DNA of 63,830 bases, the filler included, from Octopus bimaculoides (lineage: Eukaryota), in assembly GCF_001194135.2 (NCBI RefSeq). It is 7 parts of 7 records of this genome, joined end to end, with 100 filler letters (N's around TTAATTAATTAA, not from the genome) between each part and the next. Parts side by side here need not be neighbours in the genome. Positions count along the whole stretch, not along the records: positions 1 to 13,913 come from NC_068995.1; 6 more parts are not named here. One strand, 5' to 3'. The notes under the pieces are model-generated. The model ran no database searches. It was not told the origin of the DNA and worked only from the letters and a program-made list of their open reading frames with translations. Shown one piece after another: positions 1 through 12,789 of the stretch. The position numbers and the translations under genes were made by a program. Numbering within the stretch: position 1 is the first letter of the stretch; every line of letters begins with the position of its first letter.

Positions 1-1197
1 GAATGGTGCATCTTATTACAAGTCATTAGCTTGCGGATTTTGCTATCAATTTTCATTATTTCACTGGTATTCCAGTTAAGCACATTGAAGCTATAAAAAA
101 CAACTGGGACTGCTAAGGAATTTATGGCCAACACCTTATTATATGCATTCAGCTCAGACTTCATAACTGATCGAACTCTTCTATAACATTCCTTCCTAAC
201 TTCTTTCATACTCGCATGCTGGATACCAGAGCCTTCATTTATTCCTAGGTATTTATAGGTTTGTTCCTGCTCAAGTTCTTTTATTACTGTTTCGACATCT
301 AATTCTATTGAACTTGACTTTACCAGTTTCCCTTTCTTAAAAGTGGCTTTGGCACACTTTTCAAGGCCAAACTCCATCCCGATATCATCACTGAATCCTT
401 TCACAGTATGTAATAGTCCTTGAAGCTCTTCATCATCTTTGCCATATAGCTTTAAATCATCCATATAAAATAGATGGCTTATTTTCCTGTTGTCAATTTT
501 GTTGTCATACCCTGTTCTATTCAGTTCACTTGAGAGTGGTATTAGTGCTACGCAGAAAATTAGTTGTGAAAGTGAGTCACCTTGGAAAATGCCACAGTTT
601 ATGCTAATATTGTTTGAGCGCAATACCCTATTAGAATGATATAATTGGAGCTTCGTGTTCCATAGTGACATACTATACTTTAAAAAATCTGAAATCACAG
701 GAGAAATTTTGAAAATGTCCAGCGATTTCAGAATCCACGAGTGTGGTATGCTGTCAAAGGCTTTTTTATAATCAATCCATGAAGAGCTGAGATTTCTGCG
801 CTTGTTATGGCAGTTCTCAAGGATCATGCGATTAATTAGGAGCTGATCTTTACATCCGTATGAGCCTCGTCTGCATTCTTTTTGCTCTGCGGGAAAGAGG
901 TTATTCTCTTCCATAAACGTATATGTTTTCTCCACTAGAATAGATGTCAAAATCTTATAGGTAGTAGACAAATATGTTATAGGCCGGAAGTATTTTGAGT
1001 CTTTGGTTTCGTTATTTTTGGGGAGGAGGTAAGTAATACCATTTGCCATCCAATGGGGAGTTTTTCCGGGTCTTTCATAATATTATTAAATAGTATTACT
1101 AACATTTTGTGTGCAGACGAGAGTGATGGAAGCCAGAAATTTGGTACTCTATCAATACCAGGGGATTTCCACTTATGAACCTTTGTTAGTGCCCTCC
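1..1197 (-). mobile_element. R4/Dong-like non-LTR retrotransposon RT fragment (frameshifted, 5'-truncated, runs off window)
   Basis: Minus-strand translation gives WKSPGIDRVPNFW, WIDYKKAFDSIPHSW, DSLSQLIFCVALIPLS, ISHLFYMDDLKLY and GMEFGLEKCAK, typical RLE-type (R4 clade) RT motifs. Confidence 0.85.

Positions 1198-1263
<66 letters not shown>
1198..1263. repeat. (TTA)22 microsatellite
   Basis: Direct reading. Confidence 0.99.
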
Positions 1264-1265
<2 letters not shown>

Positions 1266-1267
1266 TA

Positions 1268-2420
1268 ACAACCACTGAGTGGAGGACTGGGCATCCCGTG
1301 GCTAATGATGTGCAGACATGCGCTGAGTCTATGACATCTCCAATATGTTCTTAACGGCGTGCGGGTGTGGTCGCCGTTTGTCAGACAATTTTTCACAGCT
1401 CGTCTCAGTGATGAAACTACAGTCCTGGATCAAGGGTAGACCGAGAAAGGGCACTTATCATCTGGATTTTCGGCAAGCGATTACAGACTTCTGCTAGCCG
1501 GGCAATGTAGTCGGTAGAAGTACCACATTGGAGTTTTATAGGGGATTAGTGTCGAGCAAGAGCGACAACGTCATCGGGAAAACTCTGGGCTTCAGGAGGT
1601 ATCAACTATTTGGTCTTTTCGGAGGACTTTCGGGTCGTGGACCTATGGATAATTTCGAGAAATCCCTGGCCTGGCAGTGCTACCGGGGAGCTCTGTCGGT
1701 TCGAGAAAACCTCTACAGATACAGAAGTGCTGTCAGACGGACTTATCCGAGATGTGCGTAGGGCACTCGTTTAGAGTCCGGGCATTACTGATTTGTGGAG
1801 CTTTCTCGAACAGCTGTTGACGCGTGCAGGACGGATCCGGTTATTAGCCGGGTCCGTCGTGATGATTGCCCCGCCGCCTTCTTTTGGCCGGGAAGGAAAA
1901 CCAGTTTTCATGTCTGGAGACTGTGGCGAAGAAGGTAGTGTGGTGGACGATACTGAAAGGACTGAAGACAGACACTTTCCTCTGCGGCCAAGCCCTCATC
2001 GACATTTTCAAGTTCCACTTGAAAAAGAAAGTAAGGGTGAAGAGGGAATTATAGCCTATTCCCCCACCCACGCCACCCTAATATTTTTGTTGAAAGGTGG
2101 GTGACTGTTGTGAAGATGACCTGTGTGACTGGACCTACTCTGAACATTTGCTTGTAAACCGGAGGAGTTGAGAAGGAGAGAGGCACCTGTTGAGGTGTGC
2201 TTGGCGTTCGGAGAAACCAGGATGTGTGGGATTCCTCGGTCGTTCCTGAGAAGAACTCCCCACCTTTTGGGGAATTTTTATTGTTTAATTTTATTGTTAA
2301 TTGTTATTATTATTTATTTTATACTCGACATTATGTCAACCCCCACTTGTCCGTCGTATTGTATTGTCCCTATTTGTTTTGTGTTCGGCCCTTGTGGCCA
2401 AAGAAGAAAACATTATTATG
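1268..2420 (+). mobile_element. L1/Tx1-clade LINE 3' fragment, copy 1
   Basis: KSLAWQCYRGALSVRENLYRY...YPRCA (zf-RVT-like region) and FKFHLKKKVRV; T-rich 3' UTR ending gcccttgtggccaaagaagaaaac. Confidence 0.8.
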
Positions 2421-2459
2421 TATGCGGAATTTCAGTAGCACTTTGCTCAACTGTTTGGA

Positions 2460-4833
2460 ACGAATGACAGTCCGGAACGCAGGATGGACTTTAGTGCCTA
2501 CTCCGACGACATGTCACCAACCTCGGTAAGAGAGGCGAAACGTTGCCAAAGGGTGATGTTAGCCACGGAAATACGGAATGCAATGATGAGCTACACGGGG
2601 TGGGGGCAAATCGCTTGGTTTGGATGGTCTGCTCTACGAGCTTTACTTTCATATGCCAGTCTTGCTTGGCGGTCTCTTAGCAGATATCTACCGCAACTGG
2701 CAACAGAAGGGGAGAATTCTTAGTTCTCTGAGTTGAGGAGCTGTGGCACTGCTAAGAAAAGACCTAAACGAGAGCGATAAAATAGAAACTCTTAAGCCCA
2801 TAACGCAGCTGAACGTAGACTTCAAAGTTTGGGCCATGGTGTTGGCGAAGAGGTTTCCACTAGTCTTCGAGGAAACGAATTTTTATGCGCAAACATGCGT
2901 CATTTGAAGCAGATCTATCTATGGCAGCTTTCACCTCTTGCTATATATCATCGACAGTGTGCATAAAGAAGGTGGTATGGGTGGGGCCCTGATCAATTTG
3001 GATCAATCAAAAGATTTTGAAAGGATCGATCACCAATACTTGGTGGCCGTTCTCACGGCTGACAGTTTCGGTCCCGTTTTTCGCGGTTGGATTGCTTCAG
3101 TATACAGCGACATCAGCTCGGCAGCTCAGTTGAATGGTTACTTATCGAAACCATTCAGCATCAGGCGCTCGGTCCGTCAAGGGTGTTTCCTGGTTCTAGA
3201 GCTACTGCGGAAATTGGAGGCGTTGAGAGGCATCCCACGTGAACTAGAACGCAACACATAGTAGGCAACATGCGGACGTCGCCACAGTCGTAGAGTCGAA
3301 CACCAGACACATAGACATGATTGGTACTGCTCTAAAAGAATAAGAGTCGGTGATAGGAGCAAAAATTAACTGAGAAAAGTCAGTGCGCTTGCAGCTCGGC
3401 ATCAGGAGACGCTGCTCCATACCGTCCAATAACGTCATGGGATGCTGGACAGAGGGACCTGTTATATTGCTCGGGGTTTGATTTGGATCTCCGAGTGAAG
3501 AAGAACTAGAACAATGTGACAAGCTGGGTAATCAATCTCTATCAGAAATGCGCAGAGAAAAAGCTCTCTATGAAAGCTTGGGCAGAGGTGGCGAATGCAT
3601 TCATTGCCTCCATTATATATTATCACCTAACCGTCGTACTTCGCCGTCTACGTCTGACCTACCTGGAGCGCATACTCTTTCACTTTCTATGGAGAGGAGG
3701 CGTTCCACTAGTCAGACTCTCCATTTGTTGTCTACAACCGCTTAACAGAGAACTGGGCATACCGTGTCTGCTGATGTGCAGACATTCGCTGAGGCTACAT
3801 CCCCAGCGCTTCCGTGACGGTGAGCAGGGAAAGTTGCCGTTTGTCAGACTCACTTTTCACACAACTCGTTTCTTTGAGTAAACTATAGTCCTGGATAAAC
3901 TATAGTCCTGTACACCAAAGCAAAACGACTGGCACTTGGAGTGTCGTCAAGCGCAAACAGTCCTCTTTCAGTCGTCGGTGAAAGGTCCAGTTTCGTATTC
4001 TATAGAGGGTTAATGGTGGGCAAATGCGATAACGTTCTCGAGGAAACTCTGGAGGTCGACGAGCATCAACTAGCTTGTCAGTTTCAGAGGGTTTTCAGGT
4101 CGGGGATCATGGATGAATCGCAGAAATCCTTAGCCTGGCAGTGCTACCGGGGTATATTGCCGATCCGGGATAAACTTTACAAGCATGGATGTATCGTCAG
4201 CCGGGATTGTCCGTGATGCGCGCAGAGCGAAGAATCTTTTCTGCACTCTCTCGTCCAGCGCCCGAGCTTCTCTGATTTGTGGGTTTATGTCAAAATCCTG
4301 CTCTAACGGGTAGGACGGATCCGGCTATTGGCTAAGTCAATTATGAAGAACGTCCTGCCGCCTTCTTTTGGCCAGGAAAGGCAGGCAATGTTTATTTGTC
4401 TGGTGGCCTAAGCGAAAGAGGTTGCGTGGTGAACTAGGTTGAAAGGGCTGAAGACAAATACTTTCCTCTTTGGCCAAGCCTTCATCAACTTTTTCAAGTT
4501 TCACATGAAAAGGAAGGTGAGGGTGGCGAAGGAAGTGCTGCCTCACAGCAATTTTATTGAAAAGTGGATGAATATGGCAAGAATTGTCCAAATGAACGGG
4601 CATACTCTAATAATGCATCTGTAGGTTGAAGGAAGACTATGTGGAGAGAGTACTTGATCAAGGTGACTGTGGTTTTGCAAAGTCTCCACAAACATTCCTA
4701 GGAAGTCTCCCTCTGTTGGGGAATGTTTTGTTAAATTCTTATTGTTTTTTTACTTCTATTTATGTAACCCAACGTTGCATTGTCCTGTACTGTCCCCGAT
4801 GTTTTTTATTATCCTCAGTGGTGGATAAAGAAA
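2460..4833 (+). mobile_element. L1/Tx1-clade LINE, copy 2 (RT to 3' end, degenerate)
   Basis: GLDGLLYELY, ALINLDQSKDFERIDHQYL, KPFSIRRSVRQGC, KSLAWQCYRGILPIRDKLY; clearly similar to copy 1. Confidence 0.85.
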
Positions 4834-4907
4834 TCATCATCATCATCATCATCATCATCACCACCACCACCACCACCACCACCACCACCACCACCACNNN
4901 NNNNNNN

Positions 4908-4965
<58 letters not shown>
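4834..4965. repeat. Compound (CAT)n/(CAC)n microsatellite with a small gap
   Basis: Direct reading. Confidence 0.97.
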
Positions 4966-4971
4966 TATTAT

Positions 4972-5195
4972 TAAGAAGGCAGGCTGGCAGAATCGTTAGC
5001 ATTCCGGGAATGCTGCTTAGCAGCATTTCGTCTGTCTCTACGTTCTTAGTTCAAATTCCGCCGAGGTTGACTTTGCGTTTCATCCTTTCAGGGTCGACAA
5101 ATTAAGTAAAAGTGAAACACTGGGGTCGATGTAATCGACTAGTCCCCTACTCCATATTTCAGGCTTTGTGCCTATATTAGAAAGGATTATTATTA
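4972..5195 (+). mobile_element. tRNA-derived SINE with Meta-type core (family A)
   Basis: gctggcagaatcgttagc...gttcaaattccgccgaggttgactttgcgtttcatcctttcagggtcgacaaattaagta; the core resembles the MetaSINE domain; ATT-repeat flanks; many similar copies in the window. Confidence 0.85.
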
Positions 5196-5251
5196 TTTTA
5201 TTGTTATCTGTTTTTATTGTCATTTTCTTTGCTTTATCCAATCTTTTGTAC

Positions 5252-5669
5252 TGTCACCAATCTTTTCTGGACTCTAGCTGGAAATACGGGTTATTATATG
5301 AAATACAGCGTCACGTTATTGAGCATAACTGGAACGTTTCCTCTGCTAGCTGATTAACGCAGTCGCTAATTGTTGACGTATGAGAGATCTCTTTACTGAA
5401 AAACTCCTTTCCAAAACCGTAACTCTGTCTTACTTGTCGAATCTTATGTCATATGTTTGATTATTTTGTTCTAAAATGTATGTAACATATCTCATACCAG
5501 TGACATATACATATACCTGAGACACGCGTCTTCTACGAGAAAACGTATAACCATCATGTACCAAGAACAAAAGTGTGCATTTTATAGGGAAGAATATAGC
5601 GTTGTAGAACCAAACTTCAATTCGTCTACAAATAAGTCGTCGCCTCGCTTTCAACAGCTGCAACTGACA
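5252..5669. mobile_element. Possible solo LTR
   Basis: TGTCA...TGACA termini, 418 bp, AATAAG near the 3' end; no clear TSD. Confidence 0.25.
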
Positions 5670-6489
5670 TTTTATACACTAAATATGGGTTTCAACTTTA
5701 TTTATAGTGTGATTATGTTTTACTCATATAGAATTTCTCATTCAGTTGCACTTTTATGCATTGTAATGCTGTGTTTTCAATAATAATAATTTTAGTTTAT
5801 TTTGTGATAATGTCATTGTCATTTATGTAAACCAGTCAATAGTAATATGATCAGTCATGTTTCGCCATATTCTTTCCCTTTAATCAATCATTTTGAATAT
5901 TAGTGAATAATTCACCGTCACATGTCCTCAAAGACTTATGCAATAAATAAAGCAAATTATACCCTATGTATACATTTTCATATATTTTCTCTTGCTCATT
6001 CAGTAAGGATAAAAATTAAACCAACCGTTGAGTTATAAGTTTAAAATCTATAAAATACCCGGAGTCGAAATTTAGGGAAAAAAAAAAGCTTCTTAAGAAT
6101 GACATCTCCAAAATGAACACAGGGAACTACCTCAAAGGAGTGATCTGTATGATACATAGAAATCTGTGGATGACAAGTGACTCTCATCCTGCTACTTTGA
6201 CCTATCATTGTTACTAGTTGTGCGGATGTTGTTATTACTACCCAAGTCTTCGGTATATGCTGACACAGCTCTCCCACATCCTATTTCAAGCGAGATACTC
6301 CTCGAAACTTATCACTTCTGCAGTAGCGGTTCGAGTGCTAATGTGTACACATGGGGCGAGAGCGGGTAACCTTGATTGATCGAGTGTATAGTATTGAACA
6401 CTTCCGATAAATGACCACTTACTCTGACACCTGAGCAGATGTCACTGTACATTGCAGCAAATCAGCTTCTGAATAGGAGACCAAAACCA

Positions 6490-7330
6490 GCCGTCATGAG
6501 GAGCTAACAATGTTTGAAAGTCAACTCTATCGAAAGCTTTAGATTGATCTAAATTGATCAGGCCACATCCATTTCAAGTTCTTCGTCTACTTTTCTTTGA
6601 TGTATCGCGTGAAGTGGAAATTGTCATTGATAGAACTTTTGGACAACGTATATCTGCATCTCACGAGGGTATCGACAAGCGCCAACCTTTCAGCTAGTAC
6701 ATTGGCCAAAACCGTCAACTCTACTTTTAGCAAAGATACAGGCCTGCAGTTGTTAAAACCTTCTCCATTGTTTGAATCCTTTCTCAGCAGCACTACCATA
6801 CCTCATTTCGCAGTAGATGAAGTTTACTTCCTTCTCTGCCTTGTCAACATTCACAAACAACAGAGTGAAGTGTCAATGAGAAGCTGCTCACGTCTTAAAA
6901 TCAAGTAGCACGAGCCCCTCCTAATCCATCAATGACAGAATTGTGGCTCTGTTGCTATGTTGCATCTTTGACAGCCGGATCCATCGAACGATTTTCGTTT
7001 CCCCAAGTCTTAGAGCATGTGTCCTATCTCAGACAATGCAGCCTTCGTGCTTTGCAGTTGAAAAAAATGGAAGTGGGCCAATTTCGCAGCTAGCACCTCA
7101 GTTGCAATACCTTTCCTAAGCGCTTTTTCTAAGTTCTTAACTAGCTCCATCACTTGTTTCTAATCACTATTTCCTTACAAAGCCTTATCGACTCTAATCT
7201 CATAACCTTTTTCAGAGCTAAGCACCATCGGTTATTGACGAGTGTTCCTTTCAACTCCCGCCTGAATAGTTCTCTAAACCGGTCTTTGAAGGCCTGATCA
7301 ATATCAAGACATACGAAGTAAGAAGTCATA
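6490..7330 (-). mobile_element. L1/Tx1-clade LINE RT fragment, copy 3
   Basis: LINLDQSKAFDRVDFQ, NCRPVSLLKVELTVLANVLAERL; similar to 2770-3030 in the opposite orientation. Confidence 0.8.
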
Positions 7331-8940
7331 ATTATAAATACATGCTTTATTGAATCTAGCAAGAAAAAAACTTTAAGATTGTAAATGGATGTCCATTGAA
7401 AACTACTACTCCACTGTAAATATTGCTTCAAGATTTCAAAGAGATACTTTATAAAATATCTTTTGAAGATATCACATACCTATACAGTATGTTAAATATT
7501 ATTATACATTCTAAATGCATCGTTGAGACTATAGAGTGATTAGTGTATAAATAGGATATCCTAAATTACTGATTTGGCTAAAATTACGACAGACTCGAAA
7601 TAAATATATCAATATATACGAGTATACGACAGTACACTAACAGGACTCAACAACTCGGTTTTAATTTCCTACTGTAACCAATTTCAGCTTAATTGCTCAT
7701 GAGTTCGAAAACAGCATGAACAACACAAACTAAATTTTGCACTCAGTGTGTCATGTAAGTGCTGTACGAGCAAACTCTGCATGAGGTCTTCATGATCCAG
7801 AAGAACATAAATACTCCAGTCTCGCTTTCCCACCTTCAAATTTCAGATAGTGTATGTTTATATACTTAACAATTATATTAAATATGATTAATATTTATGA
7901 AATATTCATTAAACATACTGTCATGTAATACGACATCTAATTCTCACGGTATCTAGCGAGAGAAATGATTTGAATTATGTAGCGAATGTTTCCTATTTCG
8001 AAATCACATTTTGCTCTCGTCACAAATACACATGGAAAAACCTTAAATCGTGATAACTTTCAGTTTTTGAAGAACCCTGTAGATATGTGCATGGATACGT
8101 TCTCAACTGGCTGATTTCGATACTACAGACAGAAACAGTTAAATTTGATAGTTCCCCTGGGCAAGGCATTAACCTCAACAATTCACATGTCTTTTTATAT
8201 ATTTGTTTTGTTTTAGACATGCCTCTGTAACAAAGTAATTCTTTTATGCTCGAGGTCAAATTTAAAAATATAAATCATGCTCGAACTGGGAAGCGAAACC
8301 GGATGGCGTATCTGAGTTGCTATGATTTTAGCTCAAGACGAAACTTGATAGTTTTATTTACTTTCTAACTACTGCTGTTAATTAAATAAGCTATATATTA
8401 TCCTAGTTTTCAAGTCATTGAAAGATATTTTAAACGTATCACAGATTTTAACCGTGAGAAAATTTGACCCTGCCACTTGAAGCTAATTAATTACTCTCAA
8501 TTATGCACAGTTCCCATATCTATAACTTGGTGAATTGGAATGCTGAGAACTAAATGTATATTATGGTCGAGATAAAGTACAGCAATGATTAAAAGATACG
8601 AACTATCGACCAGTAAGGACGTTGTCGACAAATATGTGATACTTGTAACATTTGCCTCTCTTGAAATAAAATGTGAGCAAAATTTTACTAGCAATCTAAC
8701 TTTTCCTCCTCCTACCCCTTATTAAATTCACTACTTTACGAACATTGCATTCCATTGAAAATTTGTTTGGATATGCGGGTGTACAGACTAACAGATTTAT
8801 GTATGACAGCCTATCAGTCGATGTCTGCTAGTGCGTCAGCTAATTTGTTCATAGATTTACTTCTGTCTACGCCTTTCTCCACTCGGCTGACTTACAGATA
8901 CGAAACTTCGTCTTTGAGTCTTTCGAATTCACGAATAAAA

Positions 8941-8941
<1 letters not shown>

Positions 8942-8991
<50 letters not shown>

Positions 8992-9156
8992 CTCTCTCTC
9001 TCAATATCTCTATCTCTCTCACTCTCTTCCCCTCATCTCTTTCTGTGTTATATATGTGTTTGTGTGTATATATATATATGTATATATATATGTATATATA
9101 TATGTATATATATGTATATATATGTATATATATGTATATATATATATATATATTTG
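8942..9156. repeat. (CA)n/(CT)n and (TA)/(TATG)-type microsatellites
   Basis: Direct reading. Confidence 0.95.
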
Positions 9157-9915
9157 AAGNNNNNNNNNNNNNNNNNNNNNNNNNNNNNNNNNNNNNNNNN
9201 NNNNNNNNNNNNNNNNNNNNNNNNNNNNNNNNNNNNNNNNNNNNNNNNNNNNNNNNNNNNNNNNNNNNNNNNNNNNNNNNNNNNNNNNNNNNNNNNNNNN
9301 NNNNNNNNNNNNNNNNNNNNNNNNNNNNNNNNNNNNNNNNNNNNNNNNNNNNNNNNNNNNNNNNNNNNNNNNNNNNNNNNNNNNNNNNNNNNNNNNNNNN
9401 NNNNNNNNNNNNNNNNNNNNNNNNNNNNNNNNNNNNNNNNNNNNNNNNNNNNNNNNNNNNNNNNNNNNNNNNNNNNNNNNNNNNNNNNNNNNNNNNNNNN
9501 NNNNNNNNNNNNNNNNNNNNNNNNNNNNNNNNNNNNNNNNNNNNNNNNNNNNNNNNNNNNNNNNNNNNNNNNNNNNNNNNNNNNNNNNNNNNNNNNNNNN
9601 NNNNNNNNNNNNNNNNNNNNNNNNNNNNNNNNNNNNNNNNNNNNNNNNNNNNNNNNNNNNNNNNNNNNNNNNNNNNNNNNNNNNNNNNNNNNNNNNNNNN
9701 NNNNNNNNNNNNNNNNNNNNNNNNNNNNNNNNNNNNNNNNNNNNNNNNNNNNNNNNNNNNNNNNNNNNNNNNNNNNNNNNNNNNNNNNNNNNNNNNNNNN
9801 NNNNNNNNNNNNNNNNNNNNNNNNNNNNNNNNNNNNNNNNNNNNNNNNNNNNNNNNNNNNNNNNNNNNNNNNNNNNNNNNNNNNNNNNNNNNNNNNNNNN
9901 NNNNNNNNNNNNNNN

Positions 9916-10986
9916 TTATTATTCAAAAAGGCTACCCACAGTTCTTATGACAATGTTGGCAACTGAACAATACCGAGTAATTTTCTTGTATGAATACAAA
10001 TTGGGTCACTCTGCCACCGAAGCTCTACGAAGCATCAAGCGGGCTTTTGGTAACGATTCTGTTGAGATTAGAAATGTTCAGAGATGGTGCCAACGATTTC
10101 GTTCAGGAAAGCCTTAAAAATGAACCAAGAGGGAGACCAAAATCACGTTATTCGGCATGATGAATGTAATGCTTTGGTTAAACGAAATCCGAGAACAACG
10201 GTCCGAAAAATCGGATCAGAGCTCCAGACATCTCTTGCAACTGCTTCTCAACACTTGAAGAAAATTGGAAAAGCCAAAAAAATGGATAGGCTTGTTTCCC
10301 ATCAACTTAATGAGATTCTAGAAACAGACACCTTACAGTGTGTTCCATGTTGATTTCTCGGTTGGAAAGAGAAATGGATACTCTTTGATAACAGCAGGAG
10401 GACAGGATAGCGCTTAGATGCCGGAGAGTCACCAAAACACTACCCCAAACCACCATTGCACCCTAAAAAGTTGATGGTCACTATATGGTGGTCAACAAAG
10501 GGGGTTATTCATTATTCATTTTTGCAACAAGGAAGAACTGTAACAGCAAAATCCAATTGTCAGGAAATTGATTGTATGCATGAAAAATTAAAAAGGAAGT
10601 GAATAGAGGTGGCTTCATGATAATGCACAGCCTCACACTTCTCAAGCTAGGGTCCACAAGTTGCAAAACCTGAATTATGAAATTTTAGCACATCCTCCTT
10701 ATTCTCCTGATATCTCACCTACCAAATATCACATATTTAAGCACTTCGAGCTTGCTATACGCTATAAAATATTCTTAAATAAAGAAGTGGTAATTAAAGC
10801 ATTCGAACAGTTTATCAGTGTAAAAGATGACAAATTCTTTGAAGATGGAATATATGCCTTAGAGGAACGTTGGATGAAAGTCATAAATGAACAAGGATCA
10901 TATTTTGATTAAATAAGAAAAATATCCTAAAACTTCAAAAACAATTTTAATGTTTCCTTTTTCAAATGCGACATTTCATGTGAGAT
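9916..10986 (+). mobile_element. Mariner transposase pseudogene, near full length
   Basis: ATG 9953 MLATEQYRVIFLYEYKLGHSATEA; HPKKLMVTIWWSTKGVIHYSFL; HDNAQPH; HPPYSPDISPTKYHIF; ends EQGSYFD* at 10912; frameshifts and stops; both ends run into gaps. Confidence 0.93.
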
Positions 10987-11097
10987 NNNNNNNNNNNNNN
11001 NNNNNNNNNNNNNNNNNNNNNNNNNNNNNNNNNNNNNNNNNNNNNNNNNNNNNNNNNNNNNNNNNNNNNNNNNNNNNNNNNNNNNNNNNNNNNNNNN

Positions 11098-12145
11098 ATA
11101 TATATAATATAAATAATATATATATATGTAGATATGAATATAAAAAATGGAACAAAAACGTAACAGAAGACAATAAAACATTCGGACAGATAGACGATAC
11201 AAAGGCGGACAGGAGAAACAACAATTAGGACAGGCAAAAAAAGACGGGTCATTCATGGCCTTCTTTCCTCAGTCAAGTATACCAGATGTCCTTACTGTTT
11301 CGGGCAATTACACTTGAGACAGTTCGATCTGGTTGCCCCCCACCCAAAAGTCTAAGCTAAGAGCATTAGACTTTTTTTGTAAGAAAGCCAGCGAATGAGT
11401 ACAGAAACAAAGACAAGAAACAGAGAACATGGTATACAGTTACAAATACAGACAACAAGAATATAACAACAGGTGTCTTTCGACTGAGAATGAATCAAAT
11501 TGAGCTGGCGTGTATGATGTGAAAGCCTAAAGGCAGGAATATAGATGGACATAAGAGGTATTGGCGGTCGGCAGTCAGGCCAAGAAAGAAAGATCATGGC
11601 TGGCCGGACGCCGGTCACGTAGAAGGAAGAGAGAAGGGTAGAGGGCAGCAGGATTGAAGGATTAGAAAAAAATCAGAGACAGAGGGTAAGGTACAGGGGA
11701 GATAAACAAGGAGGAAAAAGTGGGAGTTAAGGAAAGAGAGGGCCAAGAAATGTGAGAAAGAAAGGGGAAGCGAGAAAAAGAAAAGAGGAAGAAAGTATGC
11801 GGGTAACTAAAAGATAGAGTAAGAATCGTACAAAATTTAGATACATACCTACTATAAGGTGAGCACAAGTGTGTACGTACGCCGCTATATGTATATATAA
11901 ATATAAAAAATGGAACAAAAACCCTATAAAGGACAATAAAACATTAACTGTCTCAAGTGTAACTGCCCAAAACAGTAAGGATTTCTGATATACTTGACTG
12001 AGGAAAGAAGGCCACGAATGACCCGTCTATTTTTGTCTGTCCTGCTAACTGTCCGCCTTTGTATCGTCTATGTTGCAATTTTGTTCCATTTTTTAATATT
12101 TATATCTACATATAGCGGTGTACGTACACACTTGTGCTCACTATA
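11098..12145. mobile_element. Penelope-like non-autonomous repeat with direct and inverted terminal segments
   Basis: 11100-11325 is the reverse complement of ~11946-12110; 11858-11945 directly repeats the start of the left segment; this matches pLTR-type architecture. Confidence 0.6.
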
Positions 12146-12789
12146 TATATATATGTGTATATGGGTACAGGGCATCACCAACTGTGTGAAGAACATGAAG
12201 TATGAAAACAAACGAGTTAAATACGCAAACAACAAGAGAAAAAATGGAAAACAGGACAAGTAAAGACAGAGGATGATCCTTCATCAGATGTCGGCTGTCT
12301 GTCTACTCCTCATTTCGAGCATTCAACGACAGTATGAGTCTTTAAAGACAGTTGCTCCCATAAATTCGAAAAAGTAAAATTTAGGGTTTATGGAGGGTCA
12401 AAGTTGGGAACAAAAACAGGACAGTGGAGACATACAAGGAAATAGAACGAAAACAAACATGGAGGGTCGTTCCATTTGAACGAGAGGAAAATAGCGAACG
12501 CCGGGAGAAATATTTTCTTTGAAAGGAGAAAAGATATGTGAGTGTGTGTTTGTATGAATATACATGTATATATATGAAGTATAAGGAAAGGAAAATTGTA
12601 AGTGTAGACGAAATTTAATTCAAAATCCAAGTTGTATATGTGTGTGTGAGCGTGTTTGCGGGTATGTATATATTTTTTGGTGAATGTGTGGGTGAGCATG
12701 TGTGTTTCAAGTGAGGGTGGATGAGTATATAAATATAGGCGCATGTACGTGGGTATGCGGGCGCGCATGTGTATGTATGGACTTGTGCG

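Noticed and set aside
6041-6277. Minus-strand ORF with possible splice sites
   Set aside because: Weak acceptor, no recognisable domain, adjacent to a Tx1 remnant
8755-9966. Long ORFs in the track (also at 15558, 20976, 38943, 62120)
   Set aside because: They span N gaps and microsatellites; the length comes from X residues
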